A stretch of 64,000 bases of DNA from Pyrodictiaceae archaeon (GCA_027036135.1 JALVSY010000007.1:1074884-1138883); one strand, 5' to 3'. Shown: positions 35,923 to 44,610, numbered from the stretch's first letter. Notes: generated from the sequence alone by a model not told the origin. Numbers and translations are program-made.

Positions 35923-36600
35923 ATGGATCTAGCTGCACGCCTCCTACAAATACTCCGCGAGAACAGCCCAGTTTCTAAGGCGAGGCTAGCCAGGCTTAGC
36001 TCTATGAGCCCGCGCAGGCTCGAGAAGTACCTTAACGAGCTACTCATACCCCTGGGCATGGTTGAGGAGAAGAACACGGGCAAGAAGAAAACCTACATAA
36101 TAACGCCCCTCGGAGTAATGGCCTCGATACTCCTCGGCACCCTCGGCGAACTCTTCGACAAGGAGAGGCATGAGCTAAGGAAAGAGATAGTGAGCAGGGT
36201 AGAGGAGGAACTAAGAGCCCGAGGGCTAAAGACAAGGAACCTTCTCCTAGCACGCTGTAGCCTAGCAACACCAGCGGACTTGCAAGTAACAAGAGAGGGG
36301 CGTAGTGTCCTCCTATACGTTGCTACAAGCGGTGACGAGGCCCTAGTAAAAGCTATCCTAGGCCTAGGGGTAAGTGCTCTCAGTAAGAGGAGGACAATCG
36401 TGATAGTTGCTACGCCCGAGAAGCCCTGTATAAGCCTTAGTGATAGAGGTAATGAGAGAGTCTACATAATCTACTATGACCCTGGAAGCGTTGAGGGCGC
36501 AGCAAGGGAAATAGCTGAGAGCGTGGAACGAGTCTTAGGAGAGAACCAAATAGCCTACGAGGCGGCGACAACACCTAGTATACGCGTACTCAAGATATAA
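35923..36600 (+). CDS. winged-helix DNA-binding protein, family not recognised
   Basis: LLQILRENSPVSKARLARLSSMSPRRLEKYLNELL looks like a wHTH. The track start 35794 lies upstream of the predicted TATA, so ATG 35923 (or TTG 35896) is the more likely start. Confidence 0.55.
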   Translation: MDLAARLLQILRENSPVSKARLARLSSMSPRRLEKYLNELLIPLGMVEEKNTGKKKTYIITPLGVMASILLGTLGELFDKERHELRKEIVSRVEEELRARGLKTRNLLLARCSLATPADLQVTREGRSVLLYVATSGDEALVKAILGLGVSALSKRRTIVIVATPEKPCISLSDRGNERVYIIYYDPGSVEGAAREIAESVERVLGENQIAYEAATTPSIRVLKI

Positions 36601-36605
36601 TACTA

Positions 36606-37409
36606 TTAGCCTGGCTTGGCTATTAGCCATAGCTTCCGGCCAGCAACCTGGTAGCCTAGCCTCCGGTAAACCCTTATCGCTGGCACGTTACCAGCCTCTA
36701 CATGAAGCATCGCGATTGCCCCGCTCTGGACTATGTCCCTACTTATAGCGGATGTTACTGCTCTCGCATAGCCCCTTCCACGGTAAAGTGGCTCGGTATA
36801 CACGCCGCCTATGCACCCTATCTCCGGTAGCATGAGGTAGCGACAAGCCATCGAGACTATTCTCCCGTTCTCTATAACTCCGTAGCATCTCTGCTCCTCT
36901 AGCAATGCCTTGGCTTCCTCTTCGCTTATCCTCCTCCCCTGAGCCCTCTGAGCCCTAGTGAAGAGAGTTGCATGTACTGGTCTTAGCCGGGTAACGCTGC
37001 CTAGGAAGAATGGCTGAAACCACTCCTCCCGGAGAACCATGTCGAGATAAATACTCTCCTCGACTACCTTGTAGCCATGCTCCTCGAGGAACTCCTTGAC
37101 AAGTTCCGGGCTCGATTTATCCCAATTGTATAGGTGAGCGTAGAGAGTGCCCACGGGTCTTCGCAGCTCTAGCAAGTCTAGTAGCTTCTCCCAGCGCCCC
37201 CATAGATGAATAGCTGTGACATCGTAACCCGTCCAGAGTAATGCGTAGCCAAGAACCTTCGGGCCCTCGTATAACGCTACGAGATCAATGCTATCCCTCT
37301 TGTATACTATGTCATAGACTAGGTAGCAGTGGAACAACGGATTCCTCTGATAAAGTGTGAACAATGAGCGTAACTTATTGTAGTCTAGTTCCTCGAGACC
37401 AAGTATCAA
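36606..37409 (-). CDS. GNAT-family N-acetyltransferase (C-terminal acetyltransferase domain)
   Basis: Acetyl-CoA motif YTEPLYRGRGYARAVTSAI (R/Q-x-x-G-x-G/A), then NVPAIRVYRRLGY. Confidence 0.65.
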   Translation of the reverse strand: MILGLEELDYNKLRSLFTLYQRNPLFHCYLVYDIVYKRDSIDLVALYEGPKVLGYALLWTGYDVTAIHLWGRWEKLLDLLELRRPVGTLYAHLYNWDKSSPELVKEFLEEHGYKVVEESIYLDMVLREEWFQPFFLGSVTRLRPVHATLFTRAQRAQGRRISEEEAKALLEEQRCYGVIENGRIVSMACRYLMLPEIGCIGGVYTEPLYRGRGYARAVTSAISRDIVQSGAIAMLHVEAGNVPAIRVYRRLGYQVAGRKLWLIAKPG

Positions 37410-37636
37410 CTCCCTTACACCTATAGAGATAGGGAAACCTGCTAAGCGTACAGCCCCAGCTCAATGCTGTTCATGGGCTCGAAGTATCGCTGCAAACTTA
37501 TCCAGGCTAACTCTGTAGCCACGGCTGGTTCTAGGTTCTAACCCGCACAGATACAACAAAGACAATATATACAAGATCTTGAAGAACGCCCTTAAAGCAC
37601 CACGTAACTATCTCGGAGGGTCATGGTGCGAGGGCT

Positions 37637-37996
37637 ATGCGAGAGATCTGCGTCTCCGTACCAACAGATGATGGTGAGACGGTAAAGCTTGGACACTTCG
37701 GGGATGCTAAGTACTATTACCATTATGTTAAAGAGGCTAATGGGAAATGGTCTCTGAGGAGAATCGTTGAGAATCCCTACACGGGGCAGCACGAGCACGG
37801 AGACGAGGGGGAGTCCACAAAGAGGCCAAGAATATATGAGCTCAATAAAGAGTGTACATGCATAGTTGCTGCAGCGTTTGGGCCCGGAGGCCAGCAATTC
37901 ATGGAGAAGAGAGGCCTCCGGGTAGTAAAGGTAAAGCCGCGGACAACTATAAAGGAAGCACTCCGTATTATCGATGAGCTATGCACCCAAGCCTAG
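37637..37996 (+). CDS. NifB/NifX-like (dinitrogenase FeMo-cofactor-binding fold, PF02579-like) protein
   Basis: ICVSVPTDDG...LGHFGDAKYYYHY ... CTCIVAAAFGPGGQQFMEKRGLRVV matches the family pattern HFG.A..F and G.ga...L...GI.v. Confidence 0.6.
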   Translation: MREICVSVPTDDGETVKLGHFGDAKYYYHYVKEANGKWSLRRIVENPYTGQHEHGDEGESTKRPRIYELNKECTCIVAAAFGPGGQQFMEKRGLRVVKVKPRTTIKEALRIIDELCTQA

Positions 37997-38522
37997 AAGT
38001 AAGCATAGCTAAGAGACGAGACAATGTCTCCTCCACGTGTTTATCCCCGTTTCTGAGATACCCGGCGAAGGCTTTCTCGAAACCGACCTGCTCATCAAAG
38101 CTACTATACCCCATGCTTGTCAATGCATCCCAGACATTGATGTAGCCAAGCCCCCTTGTCTTTGCAACATGCTCTAGGGCTACCCGGTGCCCATAATGCC
38201 CATCAACAACGATAACCCTGCTAGCACCGAGGCGTAGAAGCGAGCCAGCAACCCACGCGACAAGGGCGGCATCCAAGTCCTCATCAAGGCTAACACTGTA
38301 GCGATGCTCGGGGCTAAACGAGTACCCAAGAGGCCACGCGACAAGCCAGCCGCATTGCTTAGCCACTCGGCAAGAGATCTCGAATGCGAGCAGGGTATCG
38401 AGCACCATTGGCTCCTCGAAATGGTCCTCAAAACTACCAACAGGTAGGAGAACAACTGCTCCCCTAAGCTCTCTATAACCGTATAATAGCTCCCTGCACC
38501 TGCTAAGAGTCTGAGTCGTCAA
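37968..38522 (-). CDS. creatininase-family amidohydrolase (short archaeal form)
   Basis: VVLLPVGSFEDHFE (the LP.GS.EQHG type) and IVVDGHYGH (the NGHGGN type). 184 aa. Confidence 0.55.
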   Translation of the reverse strand: MTTQTLSRCRELLYGYRELRGAVVLLPVGSFEDHFEEPMVLDTLLAFEISCRVAKQCGWLVAWPLGYSFSPEHRYSVSLDEDLDAALVAWVAGSLLRLGASRVIVVDGHYGHRVALEHVAKTRGLGYINVWDALTSMGYSSFDEQVGFEKAFAGYLRNGDKHVEETLSRLLAMLTSRLGCIAHR

Positions 38523-38665
38523 AGACGCTCCTTCCTCTTCGAAGCCCTAATAGCTTTTCTCACCTACCCCCGGCCTAGGGAGGTACTACTTATAGGAGTG
38601 TAATTGCCTTATTCCTTCTCTTTACTCGGAGGCACGGCCAGAGAGACCTCCCTAGCACTGCTTGG

Positions 38666-39943
38666 TTGCTGGGGCGCTTCATCGTGAAGTGCAAGAGCCT
38701 GGACGATGTCAAGGAGATGCTCAAGCTAGTGCAGAACGTTGTGAGAGTTGATGAGGACTCTATTCCGTTGTTTAGGCGCGGCGAGCTAGGTGTACTCGAG
38801 GAGTTCAAGGACTGCTTCATAAACGTCGTAGTGGGGGAATACATAGCTGGGGCAGAGGAATGGGTTCATAGAACCCAGGAAGCCGTGGAGACCCTTGTCG
38901 AGAGGCTCGGCTTAACTGGGTTTACTTATCCGAGGGAGTTTCGCAGCTTCGTAGAGAATCCCTGGGCTCATTTACGCAAGAAGATATTCAACTACGTCTA
39001 CGACTTGGTTAGGGCAAAGATGGGCTTTGAAGAGTTTGTGCGCAAAGCAGGGGCCGCTCTCCGGACATCGCTGCGCACGAACATGAGGACAGCCTACCAG
39101 ATATGGGGCCTAACACAGATAATGAGCCTCCTCGCCGAGAGGGGGTACCAGCTAGTCTACCCAGAGCATGGCTTCATAAGCTTTGATAGGAGCGGGAAAC
39201 AGAAACTAGGCATAATCCCGCCGAACGCTGTGCTGGGCAGAATAGAGGAGGGATTCATAAGCCTATTCCACGAGGCACCACGGCCCCTTGGCTGGGAAGA
39301 CACAAGGGACCTCCAGCGAGTATGGAGTCTCTACACGGCTCTCCGCCCAGACGCGATGATTTATAGCGGCATGGTGCTAAACATAGTTGATCTCTCGAAC
39401 TCGCCTCCAATAAAGAGGCCCACGATAATACTTGAGTTCAAGGAGCTAGAGGACTGGTACAACCGGGTCCGGGATCTCAAGGGCTACTTCCGCAAACCCC
39501 TTACAGCCGAGGAGTGGAGAAGCATGTGGCTAGAAGGACTCTTCGAGGGCCTAGCAGACATAATGGGGGTTAAGAGGAGCGAGGTAAGGAAACGTGTAGA
39601 GGAGTCGCGCTCCCTACGGGTACGTGAGTACCAGCTAGTCAAGCTCTATAAGAACGTGTATAAGCCGGACAAAATGATACTCATAACGCGGGCCAAGACA
39701 CCGAGCGAGATAAGAGAGGAGTTAGAACATGAGGACATAATCGTGTACGACGATATAGGATTCGAGCCAGGGAGGCTAGAACCAGTAGCCGACGAGATAA
39801 GGAAGAGAGCATCATTCAACGGCGCAAAATACGTGCCCCTAAGACTAAGCACTGAGACGATAAGACTAGTACTAAGCGCTGCTAGAAGACTCGGTGCAAA
39901 AAACATAGAGGAGGCTCTTAGGCTCCTCGCTAGCCGTATCTAG
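38666..39943 (+). CDS. hypothetical protein with a candidate PD-(D/E)xK nuclease core
   Basis: RPDAMIYSG...(about 22 aa)...TIILEFKE fits D...ExK spacing. 425 aa, TTG start. Nothing else recognised. Confidence 0.4.
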   Translation: MLGRFIVKCKSLDDVKEMLKLVQNVVRVDEDSIPLFRRGELGVLEEFKDCFINVVVGEYIAGAEEWVHRTQEAVETLVERLGLTGFTYPREFRSFVENPWAHLRKKIFNYVYDLVRAKMGFEEFVRKAGAALRTSLRTNMRTAYQIWGLTQIMSLLAERGYQLVYPEHGFISFDRSGKQKLGIIPPNAVLGRIEEGFISLFHEAPRPLGWEDTRDLQRVWSLYTALRPDAMIYSGMVLNIVDLSNSPPIKRPTIILEFKELEDWYNRVRDLKGYFRKPLTAEEWRSMWLEGLFEGLADIMGVKRSEVRKRVEESRSLRVREYQLVKLYKNVYKPDKMILITRAKTPSEIREELEHEDIIVYDDIGFEPGRLEPVADEIRKRASFNGAKYVPLRLSTETIRLVLSAARRLGAKNIEEALRLLASRI

Positions 39944-40383
39944 GCGCTCTTCTCTCCCTGCTCCATGCACGCGCCGAGACGGGCTGCTAAGTGCAGCATT
40001 ATGCCTAGGCCCTTTGCGACCCGCGGGTCACTCAGCGCCTTAATCAAGCTAAATACGCCCTTGACTGGCTTGGCTTTCTGCATCTCCTCCGGGTCGAGAG
40101 CGCCTACTAGGCAGCTAGTCATCTTCTCTATAGCTAACTTATACTTCCATGGATCAGCATCTTTTAGCCCGTTTAGCGTCGCCTCTAGCATTGCTAGTGC
40201 ATGGTATATTCTCTGGTCGCTACCAGTGTAGAGCAGGAGCTCCTCGTACTTCTCGGCCATGGTCTCTAGTAGGTCTAGGAGCCCGCTCTCCTTGAGCTTC
40301 GCGGCTACCTTCATGAGGCTGGTTAGTGCCTCAGCAGTCTTCTCGTCCAAGAGTACTTCCTCCTTTATTTTCTCCTGCGCCAC
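39940..40383 (-). CDS. DUF1641-domain protein
   Basis: C-terminal GVFSLIKALSDPRVAKGLGIMLHLAARLG matches the DUF1641 signature. Classic partner of SQR/NDH-II-type flavoproteins. Confidence 0.65.
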   Translation of the reverse strand: MAQEKIKEEVLLDEKTAEALTSLMKVAAKLKESGLLDLLETMAEKYEELLLYTGSDQRIYHALAMLEATLNGLKDADPWKYKLAIEKMTSCLVGALDPEEMQKAKPVKGVFSLIKALSDPRVAKGLGIMLHLAARLGACMEQGEKSA

Positions 40384-40406
40384 GTCTCATACACCTCCAT
40401 TCATGT

Positions 40407-41582
40407 TTACTTCTTGAGTGCCTTGATCCAGCCTGCGTAGAAACTGTACTTGAGGAGCTTTATCATTGGATGCGTTAGTCCTATGTAGGGCTTTGTCTGC
40501 GCTATACCACCAGGCGCCTCTTTGGTATCGAAGACTACTAGTACTCCTGTCTTGGCGAAGTCCAGTACAATCGTTATTGTATCGGGGAATAGTATGGGGC
40601 CTGCGGCGCCCTTTAACTCGTTGAGAACAGTGTCGGCGGCAGCTATGGCGGCGTAGTGGACGGGCACGCCAGCAAATGGTAGGTTGACGCTAGGCATTGC
40701 TCCATCGGTTGGTATGAAGACGTCATCATATTTCCTGCTACGGAAGGTCGGAAACGTCGTCTCGAGGAACCTCGGGTCCTTCTTGAAGACAAAGTCGCTG
40801 TCCTCTAGGAACCTTGGAACCCTGCACGGAGGCGCTGTTATCAATAGATTGTACTTCATTGTCTCCCCGTTCTTGAAGTATATTGTCTTCGTGGCCGGGT
40901 CAACTCTCTCGAGCTGCTTGCCCATCACGTATTCTATGTTACCTATCTCCTGGTGTATCTGGTGCCAGTGGACAGCGAGATCGAATAGGTGGCTAAGAGC
41001 CATATCCATTGGGACAACGTGGACAAGCTTAACTCTGGCCTCAACTCCTCTCCTCTTCGCGTGATACACTATCCTGCCGAGAACCTCGAAGGGGTAGCCG
41101 GGGCATCTGTGCGGGAACTCCGGCACTAGGACAATCACATCCCCGCCTCGGAACTCTCCGAGAGCCTTCCTAAGCTCAAGTGCGCCTTCAAGTGTGTAGT
41201 TGTGGTAGCTTGCCTCCTTTAGTCCTGGGTAGTCCTCCCAGCCATAGCGTGTCCCAACGCATAGGAATAGGTAGTCATATTCGAACTTCTTACCAGACTT
41301 TGTCTCAACAACACGGTTAGCTGGATCAACTCTAGTGACTTCGTCTAGGTAGAGTTTTGCCCCATACTCTTCGGTGAAGTTCCTAACGGGTGCCCTCACG
41401 TCATCTGGCTCTGCTTCCCCGAAGGCAACGTCGGGGAAGAATGCTGGGAAGTAATGGTACTCGTCATTAGTTATCACTATTTTCTCAACATCTATTCCCG
41501 CCTTCTTAGCCTCCTCGGCTATTCTCCTAAGAGAGACTAGTGTACAGGCACCACTACCTATGAATACTATTCTCTTGGCCAT
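40407..41582 (-). CDS. FAD-dependent pyridine nucleotide-disulfide oxidoreductase (sulfide:quinone oxidoreductase / type II NADH dehydrogenase-like)
   Basis: KRIVFIGSGACTLVS (GxGxxx dinucleotide fold), second fold near VIVLVPEFPHRCPG. 391 aa. Followed by DUF1641. Confidence 0.7.
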   Translation of the reverse strand: MAKRIVFIGSGACTLVSLRRIAEEAKKAGIDVEKIVITNDEYHYFPAFFPDVAFGEAEPDDVRAPVRNFTEEYGAKLYLDEVTRVDPANRVVETKSGKKFEYDYLFLCVGTRYGWEDYPGLKEASYHNYTLEGALELRKALGEFRGGDVIVLVPEFPHRCPGYPFEVLGRIVYHAKRRGVEARVKLVHVVPMDMALSHLFDLAVHWHQIHQEIGNIEYVMGKQLERVDPATKTIYFKNGETMKYNLLITAPPCRVPRFLEDSDFVFKKDPRFLETTFPTFRSRKYDDVFIPTDGAMPSVNLPFAGVPVHYAAIAAADTVLNELKGAAGPILFPDTITIVLDFAKTGVLVVFDTKEAPGGIAQTKPYIGLTHPMIKLLKYSFYAGWIKALKK

Positions 41583-41966
41583 ACTCTACACCTATGTTGT
41601 TCTGCTAACCTCTCAGTTAGTCATTAATGTGTGAATGAAATTAAAATAGTTTAGCTCGCTACTATCCACGTACACAATATAATTATGCATAAGGATACTA
41701 ATAAATATAGAATTAAATAATTGAATAAAATCATATTAATCATGATAACAAAGAGCCCCAGTAACAACACAGATTACCAACAATCCAAAGACCAAGAAAA
41801 GAAGAGTAGCTGTTTCCTCCTAGGCCATAGCGTCAGCCGCAGGGAAGAACATCGGGCATCCCTGCACTACTGGTCCCCCGATGCAGGCCTCATCATCCAA
41901 TTAGTACTCCACTGTCAAGATTAGTGATAGTGACAAGGTACTAGTAAGTGGCCCGGGGCCTCCCAG

Positions 41967-42381
41967 ATGCCTATTAATAAGGATCTCCTAAGGAGGCAAA
42001 TTAGCAATATTCGCGAGGCCCTAGCTAACGCCAAGGGTCTAGTAGAAACCTTCGGGGAGCTAGGTGTCTATGAAAGGCTTGCTCTCCGCTACCTCATTGT
42101 AGAACTTGTTGAGGCAAGTGCCTCCGCTTGTATACACGTCTTACGAGAACTCTACGGCGTCTTTGTTGAAAGCTATCCCGAGTGTTTTTAGGAAGCTAGG
42201 CGAACTAGGCCTTCTACCCAAGAGGTTGGCTGAGAATCTGGTATCTGTTGCGCGTCTCCGTAACCTAATCGTTCATAGATACCGGGTAATAGATGATGAG
42301 GAACTCTACTACCTAGCTAAGGACAGGTTAAAAGTGTTTGAAGAGTATGCAGGGATGCTTGAGAAGCTCCTAGAGAAATGA
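41967..42381 (+). pseudogene. hepT: HepT-like (DUF86, HEPN) toxin, frameshifted in a T5 run
   Basis: ORFs 41967..42191 and 42106..42381 join as ...ESYPECF|RKLGELGLL... if T5 (42185-42189) is read as T4. HEPN motif RLRNLIVHRY (Rx4-6H). Confidence 0.7.
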
Positions 42382-42869
42382 AGCTCGAGAAACCACTACA
42401 TAGGCTAAATAGTGAGGAGAAAGAGGAAATAATCAGGAGGATAAGGAAAACGCTGGAGAAGAAAAGCGAGGTCTGCTTCACCTACCTCTTCGGCAGCTTC
42501 GCCAAGCATAACTTGGTAAGGGGCATCGATGTAGCTATCTGGGTTAAGAGAGGTATTGAGCCCTTAGAGGAAGCGATTAAGCTCTCCGAGGATCTGGAGA
42601 GGGAGACCAGGCTCCCCGTAGACATAGTAGTCCTCAATGATGCCCCAGTAACGCTCCGCTACAACGTGTTCAGAGAGGGAAAGCTCATACTGCTGAGAGA
42701 CGAGTGCAGAAACACCCACGACCAAGCATTGATAATGGCTATTCTGGAGTACGCCGATCTAAGAGAAAAGTACCGAGTCTTATCCAGGCCTGTGAAAAAG
42801 ACACGGCTAAGGCTTATTCTCGGCGATGCTTTTGGTTCTCGTAGTAGAACGCAACCAAGTACATCATAA
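42378..42869 (+). CDS. mntA: MntA-like minimal nucleotidyltransferase
   Basis: LFGSFAKHN...GIDVAIWV (GS-x10-D-x-D). 4-nt overlap with the DUF86 gene. Confidence 0.7.
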   Translation: MKLEKPLHRLNSEEKEEIIRRIRKTLEKKSEVCFTYLFGSFAKHNLVRGIDVAIWVKRGIEPLEEAIKLSEDLERETRLPVDIVVLNDAPVTLRYNVFREGKLILLRDECRNTHDQALIMAILEYADLREKYRVLSRPVKKTRLRLILGDAFGSRSRTQPSTS

Positions 42870-43233
42870 GCCCAGCGTAGTCCCCTAGCTTGCTGAGGAC
42901 CCTAGCGACTTCGCTGCTGCCTAGCTCACGGCCCATTATTGCTGAGAGACCGCGCCTCACAGCGAGATCAGAGGAGGGACCTAAAGGGAACAATGGATGC
43001 ACCATGGCGACAGCGAGCCCAGCTGACCACGGGCCTATGCCGTAGAGCCTCTGTAGCTCCTGAGCAGCCTCCCACGGCTCCTCAACAGCCCCCTCCACGT
43101 TAGGCAACCTGTTCTCAAGCTCAGCTTGCGCTACCTCATGTAGCGCCCTGGCCTTGAGCCTCGTAAGCCCCAGCGAACGGAGTTCATCCAGCGATGCACC
43201 AGCTAGACTAGCTGGCTCTGACCATAGTAACAC
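42814..43233 (-). pseudogene. HhH-GPD DNA glycosylase fragment (N-terminally truncated)
   Basis: LQRLYGIGPWSAGLAVAMV (HhH-GPD) and DLAVRRGL are present, but the roughly 60-100 N-terminal residues normal for the fold are missing. The frame closes a few codons upstream of GTG 43233. Confidence 0.55.
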
Positions 43234-43424
43234 TAAAAACCAGTTTAGCTACAACACAGCAAAAGAAAACAATAGCTAGCAAAAAGCGATAACAAAACAA
43301 TTCAAGCAATGAAAACAGAATACATCTCTTCACAGAACCAAAACATGTAAGAGACGAAAGATAGTATCATTCGACAACTATTCTTAGGTTTTCAGTTTCT
43401 AATAAATCCTAACAAGGCACAAGT

Positions 43425-43478
43425 GTAGAGCGCCAGCCTTCGGAGCCGGAGGTCCCGGGTTCAAATCCCAGTGGGCCT
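43425..43478 (+). pseudogene. 3' fragment of a tRNA-Arg(TCG)-like gene, degenerate
   Basis: GTAGAGCG-CCAGC-CTTCGGA-GCCGG-AGGTC-CCGGG-TTCAAAT-CCCAG-TGGGCCT-G. The T-loop and anticodon loop are recognisable, with one mismatch each in the anticodon and T stems. No 5' acceptor or D-stem strand upstream. Confidence 0.6.
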
Positions 43479-43581
43479 GTCATTCGGGTGATTTTCTGTA
43501 AAATCTTTCTCCTTTTAGAAAAATAGCAGTGCAGCTTCGGGTTTGGGTAAGGCTATGTTTATCTCTTTCAACGAGGAATAA

Positions 43582-44035
43582 TCATGTACGATAATCCTTA
43601 GGGCTAGGGGTTACTTTGAGCCATGGAACATGCTTAAAATCTTCATCAAAAGTGGCTATGTTTTCTATATTATAGGCTCTACATGTAGCTACTATCAAGG
43701 CATCGTTAGGTAATAGCTTGTACTTAGTCATGTATTCCACTAGGTCATTAATACCTATATTGGTCGGTAAATGCTCGAAAATCCATGAATAGTGTATATA
43801 TGTCTTGTTCTAGCAGCTCTTTAACTCTACTCATGTATTTGACTACATATTTTCTGAGCTTATATCTAGGGACATTGAGGGCTAATCTTAGATACTCGTA
43901 AACAACCTCGCTAACCACAATACCGTTTACATATCCTTTCCATTCACCATGCTCAACTTTATCAATGAGCTTCTTAGCATCTTCAATTCCTGCAAGATAT
44001 TTAAGGAAAACATTGGAGTCAAAGAACACCCTCAT
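43582..44035 (-). pseudogene. vapC: PIN-domain VapC toxin, frameshifted near 43770
   Basis: MRVFFDSNVF... in the track ORF 43748..44065. The C-terminal LPTNIGINDLVEYMTKYKLLPNDALIVATCRAYNIENIATFDEDFKHVPWL lies in the adjacent frame and matches the intact paralog 52329..52778. Confidence 0.7.
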
Positions 44036-44228
44036 CCCCGATCTCCTCGATAATCCTATCGACATCCTCGGGCCTTAGTCCAGGCCTCCTGCGAAGGAGC
44101 ACTCCGAATACCTTGGAGGGCTTTCTGCGGATAACAACCTCGACTTCTTCACCCTCTTCGAGTTCTAGCTTCTCAAGAGGCTTAAGAACACCTTTTTCAC
44201 ACCTTACGCGTATAACTTTGGACAACAA
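44019..44228 (-). CDS. vapB: DUF104-type antitoxin (VapB-like)
   Basis: EKGVLKPLEKLELEEGEEVEVVI is the DUF104 signature. 17-nt overlap with the PIN gene, the same as in the paralogous pair at 52.3-53.0 kb. Confidence 0.7.
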   Translation of the reverse strand: MLSKVIRVRCEKGVLKPLEKLELEEGEEVEVVIRRKPSKVFGVLLRRRPGLRPEDVDRIIEEIGDEGVL

Positions 44229-44429
44229 GGATCTCCGCGAGAATATAGACGGGCTTGGAGCCTCTAAGCCTTTACCTCTAGTGATGCGCTATTTTCAATA
44301 AAGCGGTCCCTTACCGGGTTTATAACGCGTAAATGGATGTCGTATACTATCGCGATACGTTTATCTTAACAAAGAGGCTATATGGCTGCACTCGCTATGT
44401 ATGGCTATATGTTGTTGGCCTATGGCTTA

Positions 44430-44610
44430 ACTATGAAACTTCAGCATCTTTCATCAATATTACTTTCACGATTGCTTATCATATTTTGATTAATTCCTTG
44501 TCGCTATTGCCCCGAGTACTCAAGTCTTGTAAACGAGCAATATCCATGCCGTATCGTCTCAAGAAGGTTACTAGCTTTTTAGGTATGTTTTCATCAGCTA
44601 GGAATCTCAG
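44430..44610 (-). pseudogene. decayed DUF5615 (Mut7-C/PIN-like) partner of DUF433
   Basis: (L)RFLADENIPKKLVTFLRRYGMDIARLQDLSTRGNSDKELIKI* resembles the MKFLADENxP... N-terminus. CTG sits where ATG is expected, with premature stops after about 44 codons. Confidence 0.4.

Noticed and set aside
41833-41896. C/D box sRNA on the minus strand (ATGATGA ... CTGA, 64 nt)
   Set aside because: No internal D' or C' boxes and no terminal stem. The would-be guide regions are locked in 7-bp stems. It is reported instead as an unclassified structured element.
43425-43478. Functional tRNA, or the 3' half of a split tRNA
   Set aside because: It has mismatches in both the anticodon and T stems, which is unusual for a hyperthermophile tRNA. 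There is no 5' acceptor strand, and the break point is inside the D region rather than at a known bulge-helix-bulge split position. It is treated as an att-like remnant, with the split-tRNA idea left as a refutation test.
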